From the IMG/VR virus record IMGVR_UViG_3300026551_000002: 64,000 nt of DNA, one strand, 5' to 3'. The position numbers were made by a program, and so were the translations under genes. Under the pieces are notes generated by a model, which made no database searches, was not told where the DNA came from, and saw only the letters and a program-made list of their open reading frames with translations. Origin of the DNA: an uncultured virus (IMG/VR IMGVR_UViG_3300026551_000002) (Duplodnaviria; Heunggongvirae; Uroviricota; Caudoviricetes). Positions 17,785 through 28,450 of the stretch are shown piece after piece. Every line of letters begins with the position of its first letter. Position 1 is the stretch's first letter.

Positions 17785-18750
17785 ATGACTGCTGTTCATG
17801 GGAATCGAGCGCAACTTTTGCTTACATCAACTCCTAATGTTGCACTTACAACACAGGCATTGACTGATCCTGGTGATCATCAGAACTTCAATAGTTCTGC
17901 CATTCCAACCAAGCGGTATTGGGATCGCACGGCGTCTTGGACTGTTCAAGCTGAGTATGACGAGGTTCAAACTATCCAAGTAACAGGCAGTCCTACTGGT
18001 GGAACTTATACGCTTACCTTTGGTGGTCAAACCACTGCTACGATCAATTGGAATGATCCAGCGTCAACGGTTCAAACAAGACTTCAAGCTCTCTCAAGTA
18101 TTACAGCAGGAAAATGTCTGGTAACAGGAGGTCCTGGTCCTGCTACTCCCTACACAGTGGAATTTGTGTCTACGCTTGGCTTTGCATCGCAAGCTCTTAT
18201 CACACTAACAACTAATAGCTTGACAGGTGGTTCGTCTCCTTCAGTTTCCATCACGCGAGCACAAGGTGGAGCAACTTGGACAACTCAAGTAGGTAACAAC
18301 GTTATTCAGTATGTTGGTGGAGTTGTTCGATTTACAAATGCATTCCTTGGTACGCAGGCTGGATGTAGAGTAACAGGTGCGTATCTTCCCTATACAGCAG
18401 TGGGGGACATTTTAGAATGGGCTCCAGATGTCTCACGAACATGTCATGAGACTACTAGTATGACAGTTACAAGCTCTCCTGTTCACTGGAAAACATATCT
18501 CCCTGGACTTGCAGGAGGAAGCATCAAAATAAACAAGTTCTTGGCAGATAACACCTATGCCAATCTCTTCACAATCAGCACTGATGATACGCTTATCCTC
18601 TCCATGGTACAAGATGCAACAACGGGACTCCCAAGATTAGAGGCATATGGAAAACTTACGAAGGATGGTATGAAAATTCCATTAAAAGAGATTGAAATGG
18701 AGGATCTTGATTTTATTATTGATGGTCAGTTAGTGCTTACAACGAGCTAA
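17785..18750 (+). CDS. Tail tube protein paralog with inserted domain
   Basis: C-terminal part aligns by eye with tube 1; insert contains EVQTIQVTGSPTGGTYTLTFGGQTT. Confidence 0.7.
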   Translation: MTAVHGNRAQLLLTSTPNVALTTQALTDPGDHQNFNSSAIPTKRYWDRTASWTVQAEYDEVQTIQVTGSPTGGTYTLTFGGQTTATINWNDPASTVQTRLQALSSITAGKCLVTGGPGPATPYTVEFVSTLGFASQALITLTTNSLTGGSSPSVSITRAQGGATWTTQVGNNVIQYVGGVVRFTNAFLGTQAGCRVTGAYLPYTAVGDILEWAPDVSRTCHETTSMTVTSSPVHWKTYLPGLAGGSIKINKFLADNTYANLFTISTDDTLILSMVQDATTGLPRLEAYGKLTKDGMKIPLKEIEMEDLDFIIDGQLVLTTS

Positions 18751-18821
18751 TTATGTTGAATGTGCTATTAGCATTTATTTTTACTGTTATTGTTACTTTA
18801 GTTGTTAGAAAGCTTATAGAG

Positions 18822-19316
18822 ATGACAGAAGAACAATTTGATGATTATCGACAAATAGCATTTGAGACGCCACTAGAGCAACGGCCATTCTGGGTCGAGC
18901 GATGGAACCGTTGGGTAACAGTTCGTGAATTGACGGGCTCACAACGATCAAAACTGCTTCAGCAGTGTACAGAGATTGATGGGAAGAAAGCAACGGTCAA
19001 TCTTGAGAAGTTGTATCCAATGTTGGTTGTTTTGTCAGTTCGTTATCCTGATCCTGCTAATCTACCTGAATTAGATCACCCCCATTTTCATGAATTCCCA
19101 GGAGCTAATGGAAAACCTAAGCATCCTCGTGCAGGTAAGCCTATATTCAATAACATTGCAGATATGGGACCTTTGAATGCAGGACCAGGTAACATTCTTG
19201 AGCTTTTAAATAAGCCAGCAGCAGAGCTATCAGGACTGAGACCAGAAGATGTTGAGGAAAAAAAACCTTCTTTAGAAGCAAGAACAGTGGAGAGCGACGC
19301 CTTCATTATCGAATAA
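18822..19316 (+). CDS. Tail assembly chaperone G
   Basis: WNRWVTVRELTGSQR; position; A8 slippery run at 19258-19265. Confidence 0.8.
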   Translation: MTEEQFDDYRQIAFETPLEQRPFWVERWNRWVTVRELTGSQRSKLLQQCTEIDGKKATVNLEKLYPMLVVLSVRYPDPANLPELDHPHFHEFPGANGKPKHPRAGKPIFNNIADMGPLNAGPGNILELLNKPAAELSGLRPEDVEEKKPSLEARTVESDAFIIE

Positions 19317-19519
19317 CACGTGAAATAGGAGGTATGACGGTAGAAGAGATGCTAACGCGTATTGGCAGCCAAGAGATCACCGATTGGGCTGCCATTTTTT
19401 CTATAGAAGATGAGGAAGCGGAGAAAGCAAATAAAGGACAATCAAACAGTAGTAGTGATGACGAGGATATCACAGATGAGTTGATTGCAGCAATTGAAGC
19501 AGATCAAGCGGGAGAATGA
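19258..19519 (+). CDS. Tail assembly chaperone GT extension via programmed -1 frameshift
   Basis: GAA AAA AAA C; the -1 frame reads TFFRSKNSGERRLHYRITREIGGMTVEEML into ORF 19334..19519. Confidence 0.82.
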
Positions 19520-19523
19520 TTAA

Positions 19524-21692
19524 TTGCCAGTACTAGCGACCATGGTAGTTGAATATGTAGCAGAAACATCAGGATTAGGCAATGCTGTAACAGCACTTGC
19601 TGCTCTTGGCGTTGCTGCTGCTGGTGTTGCTGCTGTATCTGTCAAGATGGCTGGTGATTTTGAGCAAGGAGTAACGAGATTAAAAACAGGCGCGGGTGAT
19701 GTCACTGACAACATGGCAACAATGGGCAAGGGTATTCTCGCAACATCTGTTGCTACGGGAGTACTTACCAATGGAGCTGAGGGTCTTAATTCTGCTATGT
19801 ATCTCATTATTTCATCTGGTCAACGTGGGGGACAAGCTCTTGATACGTTAAAAGTTGCATCCGAAGGTGCTCAAATTGAACAAGCAAATGTAGTGGAGGT
19901 GGCAAATACACTCAGTGGAGTAATGACTAACTATGGGACAAAAACATTTAATGCTACGCAATATATGAATGGACTTATTACTGCTGTACAGCAAGGTAAA
20001 ATTACGCTGGAGGACCTGGCAGTTTCTATGGGGCCTGTTGATCCAATTGCTCAATCTCTAGGAATTTCCTTTAATGATATGGCAGCAGCTATGACGACAC
20101 AAACGAATGCTATGATACCTGCTGCTCGTGCTGCAACTGGATTGCGTTTTATGATGATGGCACTTGAAAATCCTACAGGCAAGGCCAAAGATGAGATGAA
20201 GTTATTAGGGTTGAATAGTGTTGCCGTTGCCGATGAAATGAAAGTGAGTCTTCCAGGCGCATTGCAGATGATAGCTGATGCAGCAAAGAAAGTGGGACCG
20301 GAGGGAAGTGTGCCATTTAACAGAGCTGTTGCAGATATGGTAGGAGGTTTGCGGTCACTTTCGACATTTTCAGCGTTGACGGGCGATCATATGAAAGATT
20401 TTACAAAGAATTCGGCTCTTATTCTTGATGCTATGCAGAAAAATAAGAATGCTGTACTTGGATGGGAGACGGCGCAATCAAACTTCAATATTAAAATGGA
20501 TCAAGCAAAAGCTGCTGTAGCATCTGTAGCTATTCAGCTAGGAACATTGTTACTTCCTGCACTTGGCAATCTACTCACTGCAATAACACCTCTTATTGTT
20601 GCCTTTGGCAGTTGGGTTACATCAGGAAAAGCTGCCCACGACATCATGGATAAGCTGAAGCCAATTATTGATTATCTTAAGCCAAAATTTGAAGCATTAG
20701 GGACTGCACTCCAGCATCTAGGACAAGTTCTCTTGCCACTCATTTCTAATACAACATTTTGGCATATCGCTTTAACTATTCTTACTGTTGCTATTGGGCT
20801 TGTTACCGATGCTCTTACTCTTGTGATTAATATTGTTACAAGTGTTGTTCAATGGTTTGAAAAGAATAAATTAGCTGCCGATGCTCTAAAAGCTGTCCTT
20901 TTAGCTGCTGCCTTTGTTATTGGGGTTCCTCTTGTTATTGCGTTTGGCGCTTGGGCGGTTGCTGCTCTTGCTGCTGGTGCTGCAACTCTTTTTGCTATGT
21001 GGCCTGTTTTGTTAGCAATCGGAATTATTGCACTTATCATCCTGGCTATTATGCACTGGGGGGATATTATGAACTGGATAGGGTGGTTGATAGGAACGGT
21101 TTGTCATGCGATAGGAGATTTCTTTACATGGCTATTCCATTTTTTGATAGGGGGATCAGTTATTCCAGATATTGTAAATGGTGCAATATCGTGGTTTACA
21201 AATCTTTTAAATAGTATTGGTAACATATTTAACAATATAGTAAGTACAATTAAAAATGTATGGAATACTATTGTAAGTGATGCATTAAGTGCAGGTGCCA
21301 ATATTTGTAAAGCTATTGGAACGGGAATAACAAATGCTATTCATTTTGTCACTGATGCTGTCACAAACGTGACTTCTTGGATATCTGCACATCTCCCCCA
21401 CTCTCCTGCTAAAGTTGGACCTCTTGTGGGTCTTCAACAACAAGGTACTGAGATTAGTAACCAGATTGCCCAGGGAATGCTTGCAGGTACACCACTGCTT
21501 ACAGGTGCTATGAATAACCTCACGAAGCCCATTTCACTAGGATTGAAAGGTACAGCAACCACAGGCACCCCCCTGCAAGGGGGGAATCATGGTGATACGT
21601 ACATCACCATCACTCTTGATGGAAAAGACATCACCAATAGCACAATGAAGCGTGTTCAGAAAGAGTTGAGAGGACATGGTTTGAAAAAATGA
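19524..21692 (+). CDS. Tape measure protein (TP901-like core)
   Basis: Ala-rich helical; AATGLRFMM..LENPT; W/F-periodic repeats; PHSPAKVGPL. Confidence 0.9.
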   Translation: MPVLATMVVEYVAETSGLGNAVTALAALGVAAAGVAAVSVKMAGDFEQGVTRLKTGAGDVTDNMATMGKGILATSVATGVLTNGAEGLNSAMYLIISSGQRGGQALDTLKVASEGAQIEQANVVEVANTLSGVMTNYGTKTFNATQYMNGLITAVQQGKITLEDLAVSMGPVDPIAQSLGISFNDMAAAMTTQTNAMIPAARAATGLRFMMMALENPTGKAKDEMKLLGLNSVAVADEMKVSLPGALQMIADAAKKVGPEGSVPFNRAVADMVGGLRSLSTFSALTGDHMKDFTKNSALILDAMQKNKNAVLGWETAQSNFNIKMDQAKAAVASVAIQLGTLLLPALGNLLTAITPLIVAFGSWVTSGKAAHDIMDKLKPIIDYLKPKFEALGTALQHLGQVLLPLISNTTFWHIALTILTVAIGLVTDALTLVINIVTSVVQWFEKNKLAADALKAVLLAAAFVIGVPLVIAFGAWAVAALAAGAATLFAMWPVLLAIGIIALIILAIMHWGDIMNWIGWLIGTVCHAIGDFFTWLFHFLIGGSVIPDIVNGAISWFTNLLNSIGNIFNNIVSTIKNVWNTIVSDALSAGANICKAIGTGITNAIHFVTDAVTNVTSWISAHLPHSPAKVGPLVGLQQQGTEISNQIAQGMLAGTPLLTGAMNNLTKPISLGLKGTATTGTPLQGGNHGDTYITITLDGKDITNSTMKRVQKELRGHGLKK

Positions 21693-24600
21693 GTGTCCTC
21701 ACTTTTACAATTCAAATAGTTGGTGTAACGTATGATATTAAAGAAGGATCATTTGATTTTAATCCGCAAGTAGAACAACGTTCAAAACTTACATTTACTG
21801 TTCTTGATCCTACCAATGTCTTTAGTTTTCAAAAAGGTCAACAAGTCACACTCACAGACTCAGCATCAACTATTAAATTTACAGGAACAGTCAGTACTGC
21901 TTTACGGTATAGGATAGGAACTGGAACTATGATGCATCACGATATTGTTTGTGATGATATGCATCAAGCAGCAGATGAGAGAACAACCAATAAAATATAT
22001 ATAAATCAAAATGCAGGTGTGATCGTTGCAGGAATGGTAAATGATACAATATCATCAGAAGGGGTAACAGCAAATTATGCTATAAGAGAAGATAATACAC
22101 AAGTAGAATTTAGCCAGGGTACACTAAATGGATTAGTTGCAACAATCAATCTTGGAGGTGATCTTGAACTTGCTTCTGCTGGTAGTCAGGTGACAATTTT
22201 TGAAAATACAGGCTCTATCTTTGGGCAAGGAACACTTGTTAATTGTCAAGTTTCAGGAAATACTCTTATTCCTATTCCCACTCCTACTATCAAATTTGTT
22301 GGTACTGAGAGTCTTACGCAAGATGGAAATGCTTATGCTTATATTGAAATACTTTCATCAGGAAGTATAGGCATTATTTCAGGCAGATACCTTGAATATG
22401 ATATCTGGATTGATCCGAAATCGCCTGAAATAAAGTCTGGTGTTGATATTATTTGTACTGATGGTACGACGCTTAGAGACTCCGTAGGCGGGAATCCATA
22501 TCCTTACGGGGACGATCAGAATATACCACCTCATCCGAAGTATGACCAGCAAGGATATGCAGATGGAAAGTGGAGACATCGGAAGTTCTTGCTTGATAAT
22601 TTAAGTGGGAAAACTATTTCGCATGTGGATGTAGTGTTTGAAGGAGATAAGGGCGGTACGTATACAACGTATATTAAAAACATCTATGAAACTGATGGAA
22701 CATCAGTTGTTAATACATTCTTTAATGGGACATTTAACGTTAATCCTCCACGACAATTGCAAAATTCAGGTTATTCTAATGTTTCAATTTCTATTGTGAA
22801 TACCTATGATTGTTATTCACTTTCTCAGCGTGTAAGTCCCTCATACAGTATAGATGCTGCAAAGATCATCCGAAATTCTTTTCTGAATTGGATAGCAACA
22901 AATCCAGCAGGAACAAACACATTAATGGAATATAGCATTGATGGTGGTAACTCATACATTACGTGCACCAATAATGCTGCATTGCCTTCATTGCTTGCTG
23001 GCTTGTCTGTTGCTGGTTTTTCCATTCAGTTCAGGCAAACATTTCAGCAAACATCAGGCGCGTCTCCTGAGACTCCACCAGTTCTCAGCTTTATGGAAGC
23101 AGTTATTAATCCATCGTATACAGCAACAAAATCAGATGTGAAATTATCAGCTTCAACAACTGGAGAGTGGAATGCAGGAACCCTCACCAATACACAGGTA
23201 AATAATGGTGTCCTGTCATTGCTTGGAGCAGTACGCAATTGGAGTGGTGCTGATCTCAGTGGAATGACCATTTTTGGCAATAAAGGTACAGGTCCAGGTA
23301 CAAATCTTAATCAACACGTGAACTATAAATCTTTCTGGATTGGGATGGGGATTAGTATTGAAGGTCGTTCTCGGCTTGATTTTCTTGGTTCGTGGCAAGA
23401 CTTTTTGCTTGAAGTTGATCTCTATTTAGATGTTAGCTTTGGGATAAACGGCATTGTATACCGCACTACTGGCTGGTCGAATTGGGATTCTGATTATGCT
23501 TATGCAGTGCAAGCTATACAAGGCAATCCAGGTAGCGTTTCACTTCAAAAAGGATCAAATACATCAGCTTCATCAGATGGGACACGAACACAAATTGTCA
23601 TTGCCAGTGTTCCAATTGCCACTGGTGGATGGCATAGATTAAAAGTATTAGTTGTTGGATCTAATCATAAAATATATATTGATGACGTTCTTTATATTAA
23701 TCAAAATGACTCAACATATACGGCAGCGGGAAATATAGGACTACGAACATCAAATGTAAGTTCAAGCGCAGGCTATCAGGGGCAATTTAATAATCTTGGT
23801 GTAACTGTAACAGGATTATCAGGGACGTGGGTATCTGCAAGCACAAGCTTGACGAGCGTGGGGACATATGGCAATTCTGTTGTCACGTGGAAAGATGTCT
23901 CAATTAATCCTCAATCCACCACTATTCTTGTTGAGAGTACTGTTAATGGAGGAAGTACATGGCAAACGTGTACAAACGGTGGTCCTATTCCAAATTTAAC
24001 TGCTGGTCAATCCCTTAGTGGTGTTAATCTACAGCTTAGAGTGACACTCTCAACACAATCGGCTGCTATTATGCCTCAAATTCAATATTTAGTGTGTCGT
24101 GTTCTAGGACAGTTCAATAGTACAGGGACAAGAATAGCCCCTGTACTATCCTTGGCACCTGCTCTTATTTGTGGGAGTGCAACGGCCTCCTGGAATGTGG
24201 TTACTCCACCAAACACATCATTTGCACTTGCCACTTCACTAGATAACATCACCTACTCAGGTATCTTTGGTTTACTTGGTGTTGTTATCTCTGGCCTTGT
24301 AACACAACCTTTACCAATTCTTGATACGTTTGCAACCAATGACTCTCCTGCTTATGCACATCTTGCCAGGACTGGAGGATCAGCATCCACTTGGACATGG
24401 GATACTGCCAATTCAAGAGTTACTGCTTCAGGTGGTAGCAACGATATGCAGTTGTATACTGGTGTCTGGTTTAATACTGGTTATCAAGTGAAGAAACAGA
24501 TAATTATCGATCATACTAAAGTCGTTGGAGGTGCAGATCTTTCAAATTATCCTCTATTGGTTTCTTTCATTGATCCCAATCTCGTTATTCCCAGTGGTTT

Positions 24601-26944
24601 TGTTCAGAATGTGAATGGATTTGATATTATCTTTGTAAGTGCAGATGAAACAACACAATTAAATCATGAAATAGAAAATTATAATGCATCTACTGGTGAA
24701 ATAGAAATGTATGTGTTAATACCAACACTATCCCATACCGTAGATACCATAATTTGGATATATTTCTGTAATCCTGGTATATCAACAACTCAAGAGCATG
24801 TAACTGCTGTATGGGATAGCAATTATAAAGCTGTCTGGCATATGGATGAGGCTACTGGAGCAAACCAAAGTGACTCAACTTCTAATGCTGTAACAGCTAC
24901 ACAGCACAACTCCCCCTTGCAAGGGGCTGGTCAAATTGATGGAAGTCTTACGTTTGATGGATTAACACAATATCTTAGTGTAGCGCATGGGGCTGTAACA
25001 GATATTATAGGTGATAAGACGGTTGAGGTATGGGTAAACACAGATTCTTTTGCGCTTGATGCTAATGGTTCTGATCCAAGGATATTAATCAATAATATTG
25101 ATGGTACCAATGTCTATCAATTTGTGTTGGATGCTGCTGGAGGAGGGACAATTGCTTTTGCTGTGAATGACTCAACAGGACAGCATATTATAAGCAATCA
25201 AACATGGCCTACTGGTAATTGGCTTATGTTGCAAGGTACATATACGGCATCCACTCATGCGGTAACACTTGATGTTAATGGAGTGACAGTTCCCAATAAT
25301 GGAAGTCTTTCTCTATCAATAGGTACATCTTCTCTTTTTAATATTGGAAGACGTACTGATGGATTTGGATATTATCTTGGTTTGGAAGATGAAATACGAA
25401 TATCAAATAGCGTGCGAACTGCTGGTTGGAGAACAACATCTTTTAACAATCAAAGTTCTCCCTCTACATTTCTCTCCCTTGGAGCACTTACATTTCAACC
25501 AACAACTTCTACCAAAGATGGTGATTGGATTTTTGACACTGATCAAGTCGATTGCGGAGGGATTGTCTGGAGACAGACAGACGCTAGCAATTTCTACGAG
25601 CTTGATATCTTTGATGCATCCTCCAGTGCAGGATCAACCAATGCTTTGAAATTATATAAGGTTGTGGCAAATGTCAAGACTCAGATCGGCGCTACAATTG
25701 CTATCACGTTTGTACGAGGTGTAGCATACCGCGCTCGGGTGACAATGGTAGGCACTGCCATCACTATCTGGTTTGATGGATCTATTGTTTTGACTGCAAC
25801 TGATAGTGCTCTAGCTGGTCCTGGCAAGTCTGGCATGATCAATGTTTCTGGCAATGCCCATTTTTATAACTTCAGAATGCAGCCTCTTGGGCAATCTCTC
25901 GCAGGCGTCAACCTTTATAGCAAAGTCACATTAACTTCAACAGATCCAACAGTCACGCCTCAATTAACAGATTTAACGCTTGTAGCACTTCATCCCAATA
26001 TTGCACTTGGTCCAATTATTCCAACGGTCAACTATAAAAGAACCTACCTCTCAGCAAATATGGATGATATAGCCAAGAAAGCCAATTGGACATGGCAAAT
26101 CGATCCTAATCTTAATATGTTGGCTGGTCCTAGAATTGCCATTCCTGCTCCTTGGATACTTACATCAAAGGATGTGCTCTATCCAGACGATGGGAGCGCG
26201 TCGCTTTCAGTTGAGAATTCAGGAGATCTCTATAGAAATAGGGAGATCTTAACAGGTGTATTAGCAACAATGGCAATGAGTGAGAAACATCCAGGTGATG
26301 GAAAATCAACTTCCTGGACACTCAAGTTTCCTGTAGTTGGACAAACCCCGACAATTTTTCTCAATGGAGAAGTAAAAACCATCGGTCAAAAAGGTATCGA
26401 TATAGGGAAAGATTTCTATTATGCCCTTGGTAGCACGTCGCTTGCTCAAGATTCATCAGGGACAATTCTCCAGTCTAATATTGATAGTTTCACCATTAGC
26501 TACACAGGCCAATTCACAACGGAGGTTGTGCGTAACAACACCGGTCAATTTCCAGGTACGACTTCACAGACACAGTACGCGGCTCTCACAGGCGGCTCAG
26601 GCATTGTTGAGAATGTTGAAGACATAACAGCCATGCAGCTTGATGTACCCTCTGCAAATGCCTATGGAGATGGGTTGCTTCAAAAGAATGGGGTGATTGG
26701 TCGCACACTTATCTTTAAAACCAATCGCACGGGACTCTCAGTAGGTCAATATATTGCCGTGTTCATTCCTGAGCATAAATTAAACGACGCGGCTATGCTC
26801 ATCACAAATATGGATCTTCATCCAGAAATAACCCTTGTAGGCAATCAAGCATCGATGCTCTACTACTGGCAAATAACGTGTGTAGAGGGACCATCACTTG
26901 GTTCTTGGCAAAAGACATTAGTGCAAGCTTTAAATGGGAGTTGA
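21689..26944 (+). CDS. Large baseplate/tail-tip protein with inserted lectin-like (concanavalin/LamG, DUF2341-like) domains
   Basis: 1751 aa after TMP; WHRLKVLVVG..G.IGL, DIIFVSADETTQLNHEIE, AVWHMDE, DEIRISN. Confidence 0.82.
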   Translation: MSVLTFTIQIVGVTYDIKEGSFDFNPQVEQRSKLTFTVLDPTNVFSFQKGQQVTLTDSASTIKFTGTVSTALRYRIGTGTMMHHDIVCDDMHQAADERTTNKIYINQNAGVIVAGMVNDTISSEGVTANYAIREDNTQVEFSQGTLNGLVATINLGGDLELASAGSQVTIFENTGSIFGQGTLVNCQVSGNTLIPIPTPTIKFVGTESLTQDGNAYAYIEILSSGSIGIISGRYLEYDIWIDPKSPEIKSGVDIICTDGTTLRDSVGGNPYPYGDDQNIPPHPKYDQQGYADGKWRHRKFLLDNLSGKTISHVDVVFEGDKGGTYTTYIKNIYETDGTSVVNTFFNGTFNVNPPRQLQNSGYSNVSISIVNTYDCYSLSQRVSPSYSIDAAKIIRNSFLNWIATNPAGTNTLMEYSIDGGNSYITCTNNAALPSLLAGLSVAGFSIQFRQTFQQTSGASPETPPVLSFMEAVINPSYTATKSDVKLSASTTGEWNAGTLTNTQVNNGVLSLLGAVRNWSGADLSGMTIFGNKGTGPGTNLNQHVNYKSFWIGMGISIEGRSRLDFLGSWQDFLLEVDLYLDVSFGINGIVYRTTGWSNWDSDYAYAVQAIQGNPGSVSLQKGSNTSASSDGTRTQIVIASVPIATGGWHRLKVLVVGSNHKIYIDDVLYINQNDSTYTAAGNIGLRTSNVSSSAGYQGQFNNLGVTVTGLSGTWVSASTSLTSVGTYGNSVVTWKDVSINPQSTTILVESTVNGGSTWQTCTNGGPIPNLTAGQSLSGVNLQLRVTLSTQSAAIMPQIQYLVCRVLGQFNSTGTRIAPVLSLAPALICGSATASWNVVTPPNTSFALATSLDNITYSGIFGLLGVVISGLVTQPLPILDTFATNDSPAYAHLARTGGSASTWTWDTANSRVTASGGSNDMQLYTGVWFNTGYQVKKQIIIDHTKVVGGADLSNYPLLVSFIDPNLVIPSGFVQNVNGFDIIFVSADETTQLNHEIENYNASTGEIEMYVLIPTLSHTVDTIIWIYFCNPGISTTQEHVTAVWDSNYKAVWHMDEATGANQSDSTSNAVTATQHNSPLQGAGQIDGSLTFDGLTQYLSVAHGAVTDIIGDKTVEVWVNTDSFALDANGSDPRILINNIDGTNVYQFVLDAAGGGTIAFAVNDSTGQHIISNQTWPTGNWLMLQGTYTASTHAVTLDVNGVTVPNNGSLSLSIGTSSLFNIGRRTDGFGYYLGLEDEIRISNSVRTAGWRTTSFNNQSSPSTFLSLGALTFQPTTSTKDGDWIFDTDQVDCGGIVWRQTDASNFYELDIFDASSSAGSTNALKLYKVVANVKTQIGATIAITFVRGVAYRARVTMVGTAITIWFDGSIVLTATDSALAGPGKSGMINVSGNAHFYNFRMQPLGQSLAGVNLYSKVTLTSTDPTVTPQLTDLTLVALHPNIALGPIIPTVNYKRTYLSANMDDIAKKANWTWQIDPNLNMLAGPRIAIPAPWILTSKDVLYPDDGSASLSVENSGDLYRNREILTGVLATMAMSEKHPGDGKSTSWTLKFPVVGQTPTIFLNGEVKTIGQKGIDIGKDFYYALGSTSLAQDSSGTILQSNIDSFTISYTGQFTTEVVRNNTGQFPGTTSQTQYAALTGGSGIVENVEDITAMQLDVPSANAYGDGLLQKNGVIGRTLIFKTNRTGLSVGQYIAVFIPEHKLNDAAMLITNMDLHPEITLVGNQASMLYYWQITCVEGPSLGSWQKTLVQALNGS

Positions 26945-27506
26945 TACTATGACACTCCAATCAGATCAACAAGATATAGCAGATGCTGAGGCAGCTTTAG
27001 TTGCTCTAGGACCGCTCTCATCAAGCAATTTTGATCAAGCACTTGTGCAGCTTCGTAAACGAAAGCAAGCTCAGGATGATATTGCCAAGATTCAAGGAAA
27101 TCAGTTTTCAACTGATGGCTTTAACTTGATTTCTCAGGTTCAAACAGCAGGAGCCCAGACTGATAAGGTTGTGGTGATATCAAAGTTCTTGCGAACATTT
27201 GCAGAATACATTGCAACTGAAACACAAGCGTTAGAAGGGACTCATCCTACTGTAAAGTCAATTGTAGATGCAATTCCTCCAATGGGGAATACACCATAAT
27301 CCCTTGCAAGGGGAGAAAGAGGCGATATGAGAAGATATGTACCAAGAGTAATTGGGGGACCTGTGTTTTTGTCAAATATGACTGGTAAGAGATATGTCCC
27401 AAGGGTTGTTGGAGGAATTATCCCATTGCCTTCTCCACTCATTCCAATTGATATAAATGTTACTTTTTATACACGTAGTGGTGATATAATATTATACGAG
27501 AGGTGA
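26934..27506 (+). other. Two small tail-region ORFs (26934-27299; 27327-27506 with two RYVPRVxGG repeats)
   Basis: Both are ORFs in the late direction; the second is not in the track. Confidence 0.5.
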
Positions 27507-27509
27507 TGT

Positions 27510-27866
27510 ATGACGACTGTGATACCTGTAGATGATTATAGTCCTATTTTTGTGGGCGATACTTCAAACCCATTTTCTATCTATGTTGCACATAAAAATG
27601 GGTTTATGAGTATATTAGGTACTACTATTACAATGAAGTTGTTTAATACTGCAACAAATACCATTAAAACATGTACAGGACCCTGGACAATTGACTCTAG
27701 AGATAATGGAAAAGCTTCTTATGTATATCAATCTGTTGATGTTGATACTGTTGGCAGTAGTCAAATATGGATTAAAATCATGTTAGGAGGAAAACCTGTA
27801 CATGTAGATGACGGAACTGGTAATCCTAAGGTACTTGTAGTAAATGCACTTCCCGTAGGAGTGTAA
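27510..27866 (+). CDS. BppU-like baseplate adaptor protein
   Basis: IFVGDT...GKASYVYQSVDVDTVG pattern. Confidence 0.6.
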   Translation: MTTVIPVDDYSPIFVGDTSNPFSIYVAHKNGFMSILGTTITMKLFNTATNTIKTCTGPWTIDSRDNGKASYVYQSVDVDTVGSSQIWIKIMLGGKPVHVDDGTGNPKVLVVNALPVGV

Positions 27867-27892
27867 CCCATGCAAGGGGGAAGGAGAGTATT

Positions 27893-28450
27893 ATGGGAGT
27901 TGGAAACACTCCACTAGGCACTGATACGATGCCTTTACCAACATCTATTGTTCCTGGTACTTTTGATCCTGTATTGGCACAAGGATCAACAAATACCACT
28001 ACTGATGGCAATAACAATAAAACTACCCCTGTCAATTTCAATCTGAAGCAGATTGGAGATGTACTTTTCACGCTTGGACAGGCATTAAAAGTAGCTTCTA
28101 TTCCTGTAGTGCTTCCCTCTGATCAGATAGTGTCAGTTGCTGCTGGCCCTGCCCTCACACCGTACGGGAGCAATCCTGTTCAAACTGCTAGTAATGGTGC
28201 CGATACACAGTACAAATTTGGCGCAAGTGGTACTACCTCATTTAATCATGTAAGCGGGCAAAATAACACACCGAGCAATGTTTACCTTGCATTCGATCAA
28301 AGCACAACCGTAAGCGGCAATCAGGTCTATGTCATTGCACCAGGACAGGCATTCGCCTTTGATCGAGCGGGAATCGTGCTGCATTTTTCCAGTCCTGCAC
28401 AGCAGTCGTTTGGGGGACAGAGCGGTATCACTGTGGAGGCGTTTGCATGA
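27893..28450 (+). CDS. Tail-associated protein
   Basis: LGQALKVASIPVVLPSDQ; beta-rich. Confidence 0.55.
   Translation: MGVGNTPLGTDTMPLPTSIVPGTFDPVLAQGSTNTTTDGNNNKTTPVNFNLKQIGDVLFTLGQALKVASIPVVLPSDQIVSVAAGPALTPYGSNPVQTASNGADTQYKFGASGTTSFNHVSGQNNTPSNVYLAFDQSTTVSGNQVYVIAPGQAFAFDRAGIVLHFSSPAQQSFGGQSGITVEAFA

Noticed and set aside
19258..19519. Tail chaperone -1 frameshift as a novelty
   Set aside because: Standard lambda G/GT-type feature; listed as a feature only
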